Source: Anthoceros angustus (lineage: Eukaryota > Plantae > Anthocerotophyta). Taken from it: a stretch of 64,000 bases of DNA. The stretch covers positions 558,001 through 622,000 of the forward strand of contig VJWM01000126.1 of assembly GCA_010909165.1 (NCBI GenBank), written 5' to 3'. A program made the translations under genes and the position numbers. Positions 25,896-38,720 of the stretch are shown here, in pieces (position 1 is the first letter of the stretch; every line of letters begins with the position of its first letter). The notes under the pieces were generated by a model. It was not told the DNA's origin. It ran no database searches and saw nothing but the letters and a program-made list of their open reading frames with translations.

Positions 25896-26299
25896 GTTAG
25901 TCTACGAGAATTCACCCGAGCACCTCCCGAGCTCAGTCCGTCCCGGTCTACACCCATCAAGCGTGTTGGCGGAGCTCGTCACGAGCTCTAAACACATCCC
26001 TCTACCACCAATTAATCACGCGGTGGCGGGAACTCACTCCGCGCCTCGAGCACGAAAGGCAAGAGCACACGGGCCTTGAAGATGGTACCGGGATAGTGCC
26101 GTCTTGGGCGCCAGCCTTCCTATATACTCCCATACCCTAACCCAACCCGCCTATGTATGTATCCTAACCTCGCTATGTATGTACCCTAACACAGGTCATG
26201 GTAACCGCCGGACGTAGCTCATCACTGCGCGGACTTCTTGCACCACCGCTTCCGCCAAACAAGAGATCCATGCCAGCGATGCCCACCAAACTAAACCAC

Positions 26300-26760
26300 C
26301 GCCCGGACGGACCACTCCGCCCGGACCTCGCCGGGCAGACCACTCCGCCCGGACCTCTCAAGCGGACCACTCCGGACCTCGCCGGGCAGACCACTCCGTC
26401 GGACCTCGCCCGGACGGACCACTCCGGACCTCGCCGGACCTCGCCGGACCTCGCCCGACGGACCACTCCGCCGGACCTCGCCGGGCAGACCACTCCGTCG
26501 GACCTCGCCGGGCAGACCACTCCGCCGGACCTCGCCGGGCAGACCACTCCGTCGGACCTCGCCGGACCTCGCCCGACGGACCACTCCGCCGGACCTCGCC
26601 GGACCACTCCGCCGGACCTCGCCCGACGGACCACTCCGTCGGACCTCGCCGGGCAGACCACTCCCAGACCTCGCCGGGCAGACCACTCCGTCGGACCTCG
26701 CCCGGACGGACCACTCCGTCGGACCTCGCCCGGACGGACCACTCCGACTCCAACGGACCG
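26300..26760. repeat. GC-rich ~28-30 bp minisatellite
   Basis: Repeats of ggacctcgccgggcagaccactccg(t/c)c with variants. Confidence 0.9.
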
Positions 26761-27088
26761 AGGTCTAGGATTGCTTGTAAGTGCAATCGGCCAGCCTTAT
26801 TGGCTAACTCCTCCTATCCTCTTATGTGACCCAAAAAAGCAAAACAAGCCGCCAAGAGTACGGACATGGTTGGCACTCCACAAAGATACTATCCCATAGA
26901 GATCATCAATGTTCTTTTGGGTGTGGTGCCCAAAATGGTACTTCTCTTGTCGCCGTGTTTTGGATGATTTTGTTGCCTTGTTGTTGCAACGCTTTGCCTT
27001 GCCTTGGTATCCGACATTCGAATTGTCTCGGTTTATGATTGCATGAATCGATTTGGAGTTCAAAAAGTGAGAGGAGTTACATAACCTT

Positions 27089-29640
27089 TTAATTAGGGAC
27101 TTTTCATTTTCATCACATTGGGCGGACAATTTATGCAGTATGTTTATTACGTTGTGTTTCATGATTTTGTTGTGATGTAATCTTGTATAGTGTTGACGCC
27201 GCTGCTTTTGTCACATGTATAAGGAAGATATCCTAACAATTTGAGGATATCCTAACAATTTGAGGACTTGCGATATGACCGCTTCGGGCAAGCAAAACAA
27301 AGCAAAGCAAGGGTTCTAGTTCCTAGTGAAATCCAAGATCTTCCAAGGAGTTGCTCAATGAAGAACTTACTCGGATGCGGGATGATTCATGGTGCTTCCG
27401 CCAATCGTCTCGAATATGACTCAAAAGTAGTATTTGCCATAATAGCCTAAGATGTAAGTGTATTCATGCATGAGGAAAATCTATTTGTTCTTTGAAAATG
27501 TTTTGATATTGTGAGTTATGTACAGCTGCTCAATGTCCCTTACAAGTGCAACGCATTGAGAATGTTAGCAATAATAAGTTTGTGGACCTGGGTTTTTCCT
27601 TTTAATTAGGGACTTTTCATTTTCATCACATTGGGCGGACAATTTATGCAGTATGTTTATTACGTTGTGATTTTGTTGTGATGTAATCTTGTATAGTGTT
27701 GACGTGTTTTTCGTTTTATAGATATGAAGATATCCTAACAATTTGAGGATATCCTAACAATTTGAGGACTTGCGATATGACCGCTTCGGGGCAAGCAAAA
27801 CAGTGCAAAGAAGGGTTCTAGTTCCTAGTGAACGAAGATCTTCCAAGGAGTTGCTCAATGAAGAACTTACTCGGATGCGGGATGATTCATGGTGCTTCCG
27901 CCAATCGTCACGAATATGACTCAAAAGTAGTATTTGCCGGTTAGCCTAAGATGTAAGTGTATTCATGCATGAGGAAAATCTATTTGTTCTTTGAAAATGT
28001 TTTGATATTGTGAGTTATGTGCGGTCAATGTCCCTTACAAGTGCAACGCATTGAGAATGTTAGCAATAATAAGTTTGTGGATGTTTTTCGAATCGTGTCT
28101 TCATTCGTAATGTGTTCTCGACTCCCATTTTAATTATCGTATTTTGTCAATTTTGTCGCTACCGGTCACAATTTATGCAGTATGTTTATTACGTTGTGTT
28201 TCATGATTTTGTTGTGATGTAATCTTGTATAGTGTTGACGCTTTCGTTTTTGTCAAGAGATATGAAGATATCCTAACAATTTGAGGATATCCTAACAATT
28301 TGAGGACTTGCGATATGACCGCTTCGGGCAAGCAAAACAAATGCAAAGAAGGGTTCTAGTTCCTAGTGAACGAAGATCTTCCAAGGAGTTGCTCAATGAA
28401 GAACTTACTCGGATGCGGGATGATCTGCTTCCGCCAATCGTCTCCGAATATGACTCAAAAGTAGTATTTGCCAGGAAGATGTAAGTGTATTCATGCATGA
28501 GGAAAATCTATTTGTTCTTTGAAAATGTTTTGATATTGTGAGTTATGTACAGCTGCTCAATGTCCCTTACAAGTGCAACGCATTGAGAATGTTAGCAATA
28601 ATAAGTTTGTGGACCTGGGTTTTTCCTTTTAATTAGGGACTTTTCATTTTCATCACATTGGGCGGACAATTTATGCAGTATGTTTATTACGTTGTGATTT
28701 TGTTGTGATGTAATCTTGTATAGTGTTGACGTGTTTTTCGTTTTATAGATATGAAGATATCCTAACAATTTGAGGATATCCTAACAATTTGAGGACTTGC
28801 GATATGACCGCTTCGGGGCAAGCAAAACAGTGCAAAGAAGGGTTCTAGTTCCTAGTGAACGAAGATCTTCCAAGGAGTTGCTCAATGAAGAACTTACTCG
28901 GATGCGGGATGATTCATGGTGCTTCCGCCAATCGTCACGAATATGACTCAAAAGTAGTATTTGCCGGTTAGCCTAAGATGTAAGTGTATTCATGCATGAG
29001 GAAAATCTATTTGTTCTTTGAAAATGTTTTGATATTGTGAGTTATGTGCGGTCAATGTCCCTTACAAGTGCAACGCATTGAGAATGTTAGCAATAATAAG
29101 TTTGTGGATGTTTTTCGAATCGTGTCTTCATTCGTAATGTGTTCTCGACTCCCATTTTAATTATCGTATTTTGTCAATTTTGTCGCTACCGGTCACAATT
29201 TATGCAGTATGTTTATTACGTTGTGTTTCATGATTTTGTTGTGATGTAATCTTGTATAGTGTTGACGCTTTCGTTTTTGTCAAGAGATATGAAGATATCC
29301 TAACAATTTGAGGATATCCTAACAATTTGAGGACTTGCGATATGACCGCTTCGGGCAAGCAAAACAAATGCAAAGAAGGGTTCTAGTTCCTAGTGAACGA
29401 AGATCTTCCAAGGAGTTGCTCAATGAAGAACTTACTCGGATGCGGGATGATCTGCTTCCGCCAATCGTCTCCGAATATGACTCAAAAGTAGTATTTGCCA
29501 GGAAGATGTAAGTGTATTCATGCATGAGGAAAATCTATTTGTTCTTTGAAAATGTTTTGATATTGTGAGTTATGTACAGTCATGTCAATGTCCCTTACAA
29601 GTGCAACGCATTGAGAATGTTAGCAATAATAAGTTTGTGG
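27089..29640. repeat. Five tandem copies of a ~0.5 kb unit segment, including an apparently exact 1027-bp duplication
   Basis: Block restarts near 27089, 27602, 28165, 28629 and 29192. ORFs 28292-28498 and 29319-29525 are identical. Confidence 0.88.
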
Positions 29641-31553
29641 ACCTGTTTTCCAATCGTGTCTTCATTCTGTAATGTGTTCTCGACTCCCATTTTAATTGTC
29701 GTCTTGGCCGCTGTTACCCCGATATCCATCATGAAAGTAGACCGCAGCTTCAACGCCGTGAGTGAACCAAATTTTCCTCCACGGACTTGGCGCCCGAAGA
29801 TCGTGTTATTAATGCAGAGTTGTTACGGTTACTATTGGTCCTTTTGGATGATCTCGCTTTTAACCCTATTTTGTGGCTCTTATTGATAGGTGAAGGACTT
29901 TGGAGCCATGGATGTTGATAAAGTGCTTGAAAGCAATGCTCGATCTGCAGATCAACAATAGCGAGACCATCCAGTGGTCTTTCATTCAAATTCAATATGT
30001 TGACAAGGTTAGGTGTTTTTCGATTGTTCTCCGTCCTTCCTATTCCATTTGAGTCATCCGACTTCCCCGTGGCTTGCCGGGTGATTTCAAACCCATCCGA
30101 AGATGCAACCCACCTACCACTGAGCAGCCTTACAGCCCACATTTCAACATTGATGAAGCTCGATCCTCTGCGTAGATGCAAGGCTCTCGGCCGACCGGAG
30201 GCTATTGTGCCAAGTGATTGCGACGAGACATCAAGTGCAGACGAATATGGCTATATCGCTTTATATCTAGATATCGTAGATGGGGATGAATGGAAATTCA
30301 AGCAAGTTTGAGCGTCTGTCGAGATCTCAGGAACGGGAGTTGGAGTTTGATGGAGAGAAATAGGAAAGGAGTTTCAGCTAGGCAAAAGATTTAGAGGTAT
30401 TGATTGAGCGGCAGAGGTACAAAGCTGTTGAACTGTGAGTGTCCAAGCAAAGAGAGAAAGGTCTGGAGATCCAGAGGCGAAAAAATGTGGGAAGGAGACA
30501 AGAACACTTCAAACATCAAGAAAAACTCAAACAAAGACCACGGAAAGAACAATAGGACATCACGAAGCGCGTGGGAAGGCAATAGAATCAAAAGATTGAT
30601 AATGGGGCTCGAGGGGTCTCCACTGCTACCCACGAAAAACCGTCGGGATCAGTAAGTGATCTTATCTTCCCTTTATTACTTTCAGCAGAGTGAAAACTAA
30701 TGTTTGTGTTTGATTATGTTGTTACCTTACAGGAAGATGAAGAATTTCTTCGAAGCCCTCAGCTTCATCAACTTCTGGTCAACTATGATAATGTTGGACA
30801 AGTTGTGCCAATCAAAACAAGTGGTCGTGAAAATTATATTTTCAATTTTTACAATTGTACAGTCAATTTTCCAAAATAAAGTAAGTATCTTTGCTTAAGT
30901 ATCTGTGCCTCTATTACCGAATACGTTCAGTATGTCCCCTAGTTATATGCTTAATTTACATTGTTTATGTAGGTTTCAGTATTCGAATTATGGGGATCAA
31001 TCTATTATGGTATTTACTCTATATTTTTTAATTTTTATTTCATACCATTCTAGATATATAGGTAACTTTGCAAAGAATAAATTTATTTGTTTGGGGTTTC
31101 TTGTAACTCTGGATCCGCATGAATATTACTTAATGGAATATGTTTTCTTGCGCCAAATTAGCGATTTTGGCTCGGATTTCAATGATCTTCTATTTAGATT
31201 TACCTAATATTCACCTGGTTACCCATTTTTCAACTCTGCTGTCCTGATTTCAACATTGATGGTGAAATATTTTCACCTATCAGTGCATATTTTCTATTCT
31301 ATTGTAATAAATTTGATCCTACTCAGCAAAATAATGATCTTCAATTTACCTCCTCCACCCTGGAAGAAAATCGAGCGAGCGCGTCGAGGCCCCATACGAG
31401 GCAGCGACTTTACATACTGAAAGCAGAGTGTTTCCGCTCCACAAACGGTTACGCTTTCCCGCACCTCACGCTCCTTCCTGCAATATTAAATCCTCGAGAT
31501 CCCATCCAACTTTCAACATCCGATTTGAGTTTAATTTGGGGTTCCCCGAGGGG

Positions 31554-31751
31554 GTGGGGTGCGCCAGGCAATGGAAGTAGTGCAAGCCCAAAGCGACGCT
31601 CGAGAAGCCGTGGAAGCAAGCTACCACATAAAGCTCCTCGCCCCGAAAGAAATTAGATTCATATCATGTGGGTCGATGACCCACATATCGAATATTAAAC
31701 TGATAAGAACAGATACTACACTTGATCTTAGCCAAAAGGCCGAGAAAGTGT
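31554..31751 (-). ncRNA. U2: U2 snRNA, type A (no USE upstream)
   Basis: Reverse complement contains CTCGGCCTTTTGGCTAAGATCAAGTGTAGTATCTGTTCTTATCAGTTTAATAT; 5' end variant. Confidence 0.9.
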
Positions 31752-32162
31752 ACCTTCCTTTCGCAAGTCAGGGTCTATATGGGCCAGAGGCGTTAGGGTG
31801 TGTTATACACGCCGTCCATGACTCCTGGCGGGCGGGCCTGTAAACGCCGCGCTCCTGTCCTGGCGAAACCGGCAGCGAAGGCGGATGGCGAAATTAAAAG
31901 CGAATGAAGCAAGTGTCTCGGAAGCAGGCGACTGTACCATCCATATATCATCGCAACATTTGATTGGAGAACCGTGCACGGCGCACGCAGGCAAGCTCGG
32001 TAGCAACCAAGATTTCTGGCAATCGCTCCTCGGAGTTCAGGAAGGCTGCTGTAAATCCATGGTATTTTGCCTCCTTCCTCAAGCCATCGTCTCCGGATCG
32101 TCTTCGTCGAAGTGTTTAACAGCTTCGTCCCCAGATAGATACAACTTTGAGCCTGCACAGAA

Positions 32163-32956
32163 ATGGCCATGGTTCGGATTGCCATGCTCACGTGCTGCGG
32201 CTCACCCTTGACCCTGAGCGGAATTGTGCCGAGATGGGCTGGCCAGATGCGGGAATGCTGCCAGGTGAAGTGCACCAACGACGGATGCAACGACACGCCC
32301 ACCACTGTCGTGATGACGGATCAGTGCCCGGGTGGCGTGGAAGCCCCATTTCGATCTCAGCGGCTCTGCATTCGAAACCTCGCTGCCGCCGGCCGATCGT
32401 CTGACCTCGTCACGCTGGGCGGGTCCTGGCTGCTCCGGATACATCCCTGAGGCTGTAATGACAATGCAATGCTTCGAATAGACGATGGCATGGATGCGTT
32501 GCGCGCAGGGTGCCTTGCTCCTACGGTTCCCAGACTGTGGCATTCGACATGGACGCGAATTGCAATCCCAATTGGGTCGCCTTCGTGGTCGAGTTTCAAG
32601 CAGGCGATGGAGATCTCCACTCTGTCGAACTCAAGGTTAGGAAAAGCTATGCATGGTGTCTCGGTTTTGGACACTGTTGATTACTCTTGGATGGCATTGG
32701 CTTTCATGAGTTGAAACCAGCCACAAGATCTCACATGTGGTGAATGTTGGGGTGGCAGGATGCGTCTTCAGCTTGGCAGGCAGTGAGTCACAATTGGGGA
32801 GCCAACTGGCAATTCTTCGGGAGCCTTAACGGCCCCGTTTCTGTTCGGCTCAAATCCTCCAATACTGCCGACCAAGTGCTGGTTGCCAAGGATGCCATTC
32901 CAGCTGACTGGACACCTGGCCACACCTACCAATACCAAGACCAGTTTAGCTACTAG
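32163..32956 (+). pseudogene. Beta-expansin (EXPB-like), internally deleted and frameshifted
   Basis: CGECCQVKC..TVVMTDQCPGG..HFDLSGSAF; exon RVPCSY..NPNWVAFVVEFQAGDGDLHSVELK|gt; last exon HNWGANWQ..GPVSVRL..LVAKDAIPADWTPGHTY*. The GACG-containing N-terminal part is missing. Confidence 0.85.
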
Positions 32957-33721
32957 GAAAATTTGATGCACCGCACATTTGGGTCGGGTCCTGCATCCAG
33001 TGCGCCCACAATCAAAGCTTGGGTGCATTTGTACGTAGTGCTTTTCAAACTGTACTATTATTCTAAAATTACATTATTCTCACATTCCTGATTCTGTGTT
33101 TGAGGGAAACAACAGCAACCCATCTTCAACTTACCAGCAGTGTTACCAGTTTTTTTGACGGAAACACTAGCAAATTGGCTTCAAGTAATTTACGGGCCTG
33201 TCCAGCGGTTCAAGCTTATTGAAAGAATGATAATGACCCATCCAGCTTCACAAATGTTCCAAGTGTATCTCATCCTGCATTCGAGCTCGGGTATTCAGTA
33301 ATGGACAAACAGAAGCCTCACATCCGCCCAACTGTGAGTTCACACAAGGCTGTAGGGCTGTACCTGACCGAAACCTGAAGACTTCAGTGAAGGCTCGGAT
33401 CTTGTGTCGGGTGCTCAAGCACACTTCTTCTGATAACTGCAACGACATGCTGAACAGGAAAAGATTTGTTAGCAGTCCACCAAAGAAACTAATGCCTGAA
33501 GGCAAGAATACGAATCCAAGCGTTGTTTGAGGTTAGGAGGTTGCGGAACTCATGTTAGAAGAACCGCCGTAATATGTATGTACTGAAAGCAGAGTGTTTC
33601 CGCCCACATACGGTTGGTTACGGTTTCCCGCACCTCCTGCTCCTTCCTGCAATATTAAATCCTCACGATCCAATCCAACTTTCAACGTCCGATTTGGGTT
33701 TAATTTGGGGTCCCCTGAGGG

Positions 33722-33914
33722 GTGGGGTGCGCCAGGCAATGGAAGTAGTGCAAGCCCAAAGCGACGCTCGAGGAGCCGTGGTAGCAAGCTACCACTTGAG
33801 GCCTCGCCCCGAAATTAGATTAATATCATGTGGGTCGATGACCCACGTATCAGATATTAAACTGATAAGAACAGATACTACACTTGATCTTAGCCAAAAG
33901 GCCGAGAAAGGTAT
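33722..33914 (-). ncRNA. U2: U2 snRNA, type B
   Basis: Starts ATACCTTTCTCGGCCTTTTGGCTAAGATCAAGTGTAGTATC; stem IV loop TTGCACTAC. Confidence 0.95.
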
Positions 33915-33935
33915 ACCTCCTCTCGCAGGTCAGGG

Positions 33936-33984
33936 TCTATATGGGCCAGAGGTGTTACGGTTTGTTCCCTACCGATATGGGGTA
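33936..33984 (-). promoter_or_regulatory. snRNA promoter: TATA-like box and USE-like element (also 45596-45644 and 60827-60875)
   Basis: Minus strand TACCCCATATCG at about -70 to -59 (plant USE consensus RTCCCACATCG) and CATATAGA at about -29 to -22. Confidence 0.7.
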
Positions 33985-34139
33985 ATACCCTATATGGTTA
34001 TCGTTTCGTTTGACACTAGCTGGTCTTGAGGTCCTCTCAACGCTTTGCTTCTATGTTTTTTTCGTGGGTACCCAATAAGAAACCGTCTCCACTATCCTTC
34101 ATCGCTAGTATGTAGTGGGCATCTGCTACATTTTGTTGT

Positions 34140-34450
34140 CTGCAAAATTGTTGCCATAGCTGCTCTGCTCTGGAGACCCTGGCCCCCACCCACAAATTTT
34201 CCGGGAAGTGGAACCGCTGGGCTCCTTACACTGCTGCACCTAGAGGCTTGGTTGTTTGTCAAGGCTTGAATCCCCAAAGTGAGGTGGCGGGAGCTCTCGT
34301 AGAATCCCTATAGACACACCGATTTGTTCGGTCCACAACAGGTACTGTCCACGTGGCCATCGTTGCCATCGTTGCCCCTGATTGTGCCCTCCATTGGGCA
34401 TCTTCGGTCCGCACTTCTTCTGAGCCTTTTGTCTGGATATGGCCATCGGC
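34140..34450 (-). pseudogene. Inverted 5' fragment of a PDF-PPR paralogue
   Basis: Reverse complement matches 61080-61305 (GIQALTNNQASRCSSVRSPAVPLPGKFVG). Confidence 0.8.
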
Positions 34451-34571
34451 CTTATCTTTGCCTTTCCTCGAAGTCTCGAAACGGTCTGACCATCTCAAGG
34501 ATTACTTTACCCCAAAGGATCCCTCTAGGCGGTTCTAGGTTTCTTTTGGCGGTGCGGTGGCAAGGGGAGAT

Positions 34572-35175
34572 CACTACTAGGAAAAGTATCCTTTACACGA
34601 GTTTTGCAGTTTTACAACACTTCTGGCGACCGTTGTAAAATTGTTGTTGTAAACACCCCTTAGTAATATACGTGTAAAAGCGTCAAAGCGTATATACTAC
34701 ATAAGCGATCGTCCTTGCATATAGTATACGAGCATGGTATACCTTGTTGTAAATGGACCGTTGTAAATATTCTAAATCCTTGTAAATTCTACCATTGTAT
34801 GAGTGTATGCGTTGTAAATATAGATGGCCTTGTTATTGAAACCATTGTAAATTGAGCCCTTGTAAAACTTTGTACCATTGTAAATATCTCACAATTCAAA
34901 CTATTATAAATAACAATAAATTAACCCATTACAAACTCCAATATTGTCAATAAAATATACCTATTGTAAAACGTTTCCGTCAAATGCAAACCCTTGTAAA
35001 AAATGTATACATATTGTAAATTCTCATTGTAAATATTTCCAAAATTCAAATCTTTGTAGATAATTCAACCCATTGAATTACATTGTTGTAAAGAGTTTAC
35101 GCCTTTGTAGATTTCTCCGCCAAAATTCAAAACATTGTTAATAATTTAAACCAATATAAATTCGGCGTTGTAAAT
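34572..35175 (+). mobile_element. CACTA (En/Spm) terminus with subterminal repeats
   Basis: CACTACTAGGAAAA followed by more than a dozen TTGTAAA motifs, with inverted TTTACA copies nearest the end. No partner TIR found. Confidence 0.8.
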
Positions 35176-35187
35176 AATTTAGGTCAT

Positions 35188-35243
35188 ACTAAATAGTAAA
35201 TAGTAAATAGTAAATAGTAAATAGTAAATAGTAAATAGTAAAT
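35188..35243. repeat. (TAAATAG)n heptamer run (also 46826-46878)
   Basis: About 7-8 perfect units. Confidence 0.95.
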
Positions 35244-35329
35244 GGAAAAAGCCCATCCGAGGAGGGACAATCGAGGGGACCACGGGTCGGCGTGGAGAGA
35301 ACAAGAGCTCCCTACCTAAAGTCACCCTC

Positions 35330-38300
35330 TTGCACCCAATGTCATATGCGGGAAGAATAGGCACACGCAAACCACCGAGGTAGAGGAAGATGTGTCACCG
35401 AGCATCGACTCTTCAATTCCATACTGCAGCAATCAAGTCGTTCCACATAGTTAAAGCCTTCATCTTCTTCCCATTTGAGTGCTTGTTGAACCATCCAAGG
35501 GGAAGTGTCTCTCCTTCCAATATGCATTCAACTTCTTGACCATGAACCGGGTTTGGGCCACGGTGGCAATCTCTGGTGGGGCTCTTACCAAACCTACCTT
35601 CATACATCGGCCACAAAGACCTTTTGAACTCCATTGCCAAAATGGCGAAAGGTTTGATCCTGTTGTTATCCACCTTACTGCTGGGATGGGGCCACTATCC
35701 CATCCCTCTTGTCACGTTCTCCTTCAAGAAAATGCGCGTGCTCCTCCTTCCGCAGTTTGGGCCTCACCTTCTTGACTCCATCCAAAAGTTCCTAGCTTCT
35801 CTCACATTGTTCCTCCAAAACTTTATATTCGAGAAAAGCGCATCAATGGCATCCATAGTCCAAGGACCGGATATCAATCGAATGTTAGATTCCACAAGGA
35901 GTCTCGTACCCTCGATCTCATCCCAAAAGCTTTGTACCAATGAATTGCAAAAATCTCATGCTCCAGCAACACCTTTGGTCTCTCATGTGCACCCGAGGTG
36001 GTGTCACGCTTGATGAATCCTACCGGCGCAAAAGCAATACGGCCATAGTTAGAATCTAACAATGAAACACTAACCACTCAAAGCTTGAACATCAAGCTTT
36101 GAATATTCAGAACATCAAGCTCAATATTCGAGCTTGAATATCGGGCTTGAATATTCGAGCTTGAGCGATGCTTGAATATTCGAGCTTGACAACATGTGTG
36201 AATATTGGGGCTTGAACAACATGTGTGAATATTGAGGCTTGAACAACATGCACGAATATTGAGGCTTGAACATCGATCTAAACAATAGGCACGATGACAC
36301 ACTCCTATGGTACACTAGGAACTACCGTAGGAAAACAAGATGGTGGCACTTTCGAATCTACTAGTGGAAAAGAAGCAGAAATTAAATCAACTTACGACAC
36401 GGGACATATATCCTCTTGAATATCATACTCCACATCAAAATTTCTTGATGCTTCACACGATGAAGGACAAGTTTATCGACATCTTTTGCACAAAGATGCC
36501 CTCCTTACATATCGCACACGGCTTTAACCCTCTTGCTCACGGTCTTCTTCAATACTTGAGAATGGGGTCCTCGACCTCTTGGAAGAGTGGAGCTTCCTTA
36601 GGTCCTTCATGAATCTCCTTGTCACAAGGGGAATCATCGCCATTGGCTTGACTATCACGCACTTCATACACCTCATCATAAGGCGTGACATTCAAATCTG
36701 GATGGACACAAGGGTTGTTTGTACACAAGGCATAGACCCCATAGGCACAAAATCAATGAGCATGGTGGACAAGGCGAAATTGGAATTCCCCAGGATCTAG
36801 TGGGAGGTCTCCCGAGACATTATTTAGCTCACCTAAATAATGTTTACTGAGAGTGTCACCCCTTACTGCATCCCCAATCTCCACTAGCCCTAGAGGGCAT
36901 ATGATGCCATGCTTGTGTGGATATCTTGCCATGAGAGGATACCGCCATCTCAATGACCCACTGCGCATTTCCTTCAATTTTTCACCCAGATGCGTGTGCA
37001 GCTTCAATTTTGATCGTGGCACCTGGCAGCACGGCATCGTGGACTGGACACCTCGAGTCTTCTCTAGATGTTGGCGGCGATGCGAGGGCTCACGCCTCAT
37101 CTCGCTTGCCTCATCACGGCCCGCATCTCGCCGAGGGGCGAGATCCGTGAAAATCGACATGGGGCCGACCTTCCCATGCAAACGCGCGTGCAGCCAGTGC
37201 AGTGCAACGCGCCAATCCCCATCCCCGCTCATAGGGTGCGGTGCCATCTCCAGCACCCTGACCCTCCACTGCGGTGCACTTGCGGCGCCATCCCCATCCC
37301 CACGCATTGCAGGTGCAGCGACACCATCTCTTTTGCCTGGCCCTTTGCCCCTACCTCTACGCCAAGATTCCCTTGCCCCTTTCCCACGCGCCCCACATCG
37401 AGGGTCCTCCTCCTCTACCACCCTGGACGGTCCTGAATGATTTCTTGCTGAAGATACATAGGGAGACTTCCCACACTTGCCTCATCCTCGCACAATACTG
37501 CTAGTGCATTGGACGACATATTGGCTTCAGATTCTACATCAAATAGCTCTTTCTCGAGAATGTGAGTTGCCTCCGTCCTTTTGGATTTGAGCTTGATCCA
37601 TTTCTCCCTCAAGCCTGACGATGCACCACCCAACATTGTTTTTGCGGTAACAAGTTCACGCTATTCACACCTGCGTGAGTCCTCGAGCCCCATACCACCA
37701 ATCGGCGTCGACAAGCTCTCCACATATGAGGGTTGTTGCCAGCGTCTAATGTATGTTGCCTCCGCGAAATATATCGGCTTGTGTTTGGGCATCAGATGAG
37801 CGGAGTTAATAGTGAGGCTATCACGACACAAATCAAGATATACGGCCATGCACAAGCAAGCAAGAAACAAGCAGACAAAGGTGGAGTATTGTGTTGAAGT
37901 TCGGCTCCGTGTACCAGTGACCTAGTCACCTTTGTATAGTGTCGCCACTATCCACGTTGTAAAACCGGATCGAGATGCACTCTTTCACGATGAAGTGGCT
38001 GCTATGAACCTAAAGGCAAAGACATGTCGTTGAGGAAGACAAGGTAGCTGAAGCCACAGGTGGGAATGCAACAGAGAACTGAACCCGCTCAAAGATTTGG
38101 CAGGAAAAGATGGGTTGAACCGATTGAGTTTTAATCGGTTTTGTACAATGGTGGCAGTTGGAGAACTCTCGTGAAAAAATGGTTGCTAGCATATACGGTA
38201 CAAAGTATGCGAAGCATTCGGTTGCTTGCAGAATGCCAACAACCCATTTTTTGTTCTGTCTCAGAAATCTTGAAAGGTGAAACTGGGGCGGACAATGCGG

Positions 38301-38720
38301 GACAATACAAGCACGGTCTAATGATGAAACTATTGCCGATCGAAAACTTACAAGTCTTCCTTGCCAAGTTTCTGCCTGTTTGTTCCATCCCCAGAATCAC
38401 GGAGATGTGCAAGCTATGCGGCTAAGTATCCGACCTAGATAGATTGCAAAATCCTAAAAAGTGCAGCACATCACCATCAATGGTGTTTCATTTGGTCTAC
38501 TTGTGACTCATTTACTTTAGCCAACGCTCCAAGAACACAAAGTCCAAGTCTGCAAGGCATAATTTCCAGAAAGCGGCATAACTTTGATAAAAGGTGGAAG
38601 AATGGAGTGCAAGTCGTTGATTAAGATCCTCCACACTCTAGGCGGAGGAATCATGCCTCCTGGTGAGAGCTCCAAGTTCGAGAATCACCACGCCTCCTTG
38701 TGAGAGCTCCAAGTTTAGTC
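35330..38720 (-). pseudogene. Decayed multi-exon gene with a PHD-like Cys cluster (unit 2; unit 3 copy ~46970-50240)
   Basis: Composite reading ...LHCTGCTRV.HGKV.P...ARC.PC...SRCPKCH. Protein-like segments alternate with AT-rich repeat-containing intron-like segments. Confidence 0.4.

Larger units (their letters stand above)
25076..26882. mobile_element. ~1.8 kb LTR-like (solo-LTR-like) insertion
   Basis: Absent from the empty site at ~17900. Ends CACA, has TATATA at ~26121, and its start is related to the terminus of the 1-1290 element. TSD not resolvable. Confidence 0.55.
1291..34571. repeat. Array unit 1 (left-truncated, expanded by Gypsy, Copia and LTR-like insertions)
   Basis: Colinear with 35796-46222 once the insertions at 2349-13759, 18693-24873 and 25076-26882 and the local duplications are removed. 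Confidence 0.85.

Noticed and set aside
26173-26899. Long repetitive ORFs and a CRISPR-like appearance
   Set aside because: GC-rich minisatellite that is stop-poor in several frames; no unique spacers, no cas genes, eukaryotic context.
27452-29578. Apparently exact 1027-bp duplication as a very recent amplification
   Set aside because: Identity extends to idiosyncratic indels in otherwise noisy sequence, which fits an assembly duplication better.
31559-31843. ORFs MRQAMEVVQAQSDA... repeated five times
   Set aside because: Antisense translations of U2 snRNA.
32950-32961. CTACTAGGAAAA resembling the CACTA TIR
   Set aside because: Overlaps the expansin TAC-TAG stop, lacks the leading CA and subterminal repeats, and is in the wrong orientation for a partner TIR.
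31554-33914. U2-targeting retrotransposon (Utopia/Keno-like) insertion
   Set aside because: All U2 copies are full length and none is interrupted; the non-LTR RT fragment lies kilobases away.
35188-35243. Interstitial telomere repeat
   Set aside because: The unit is TAAATAG, not TTTAGGG/CCCTAAA.
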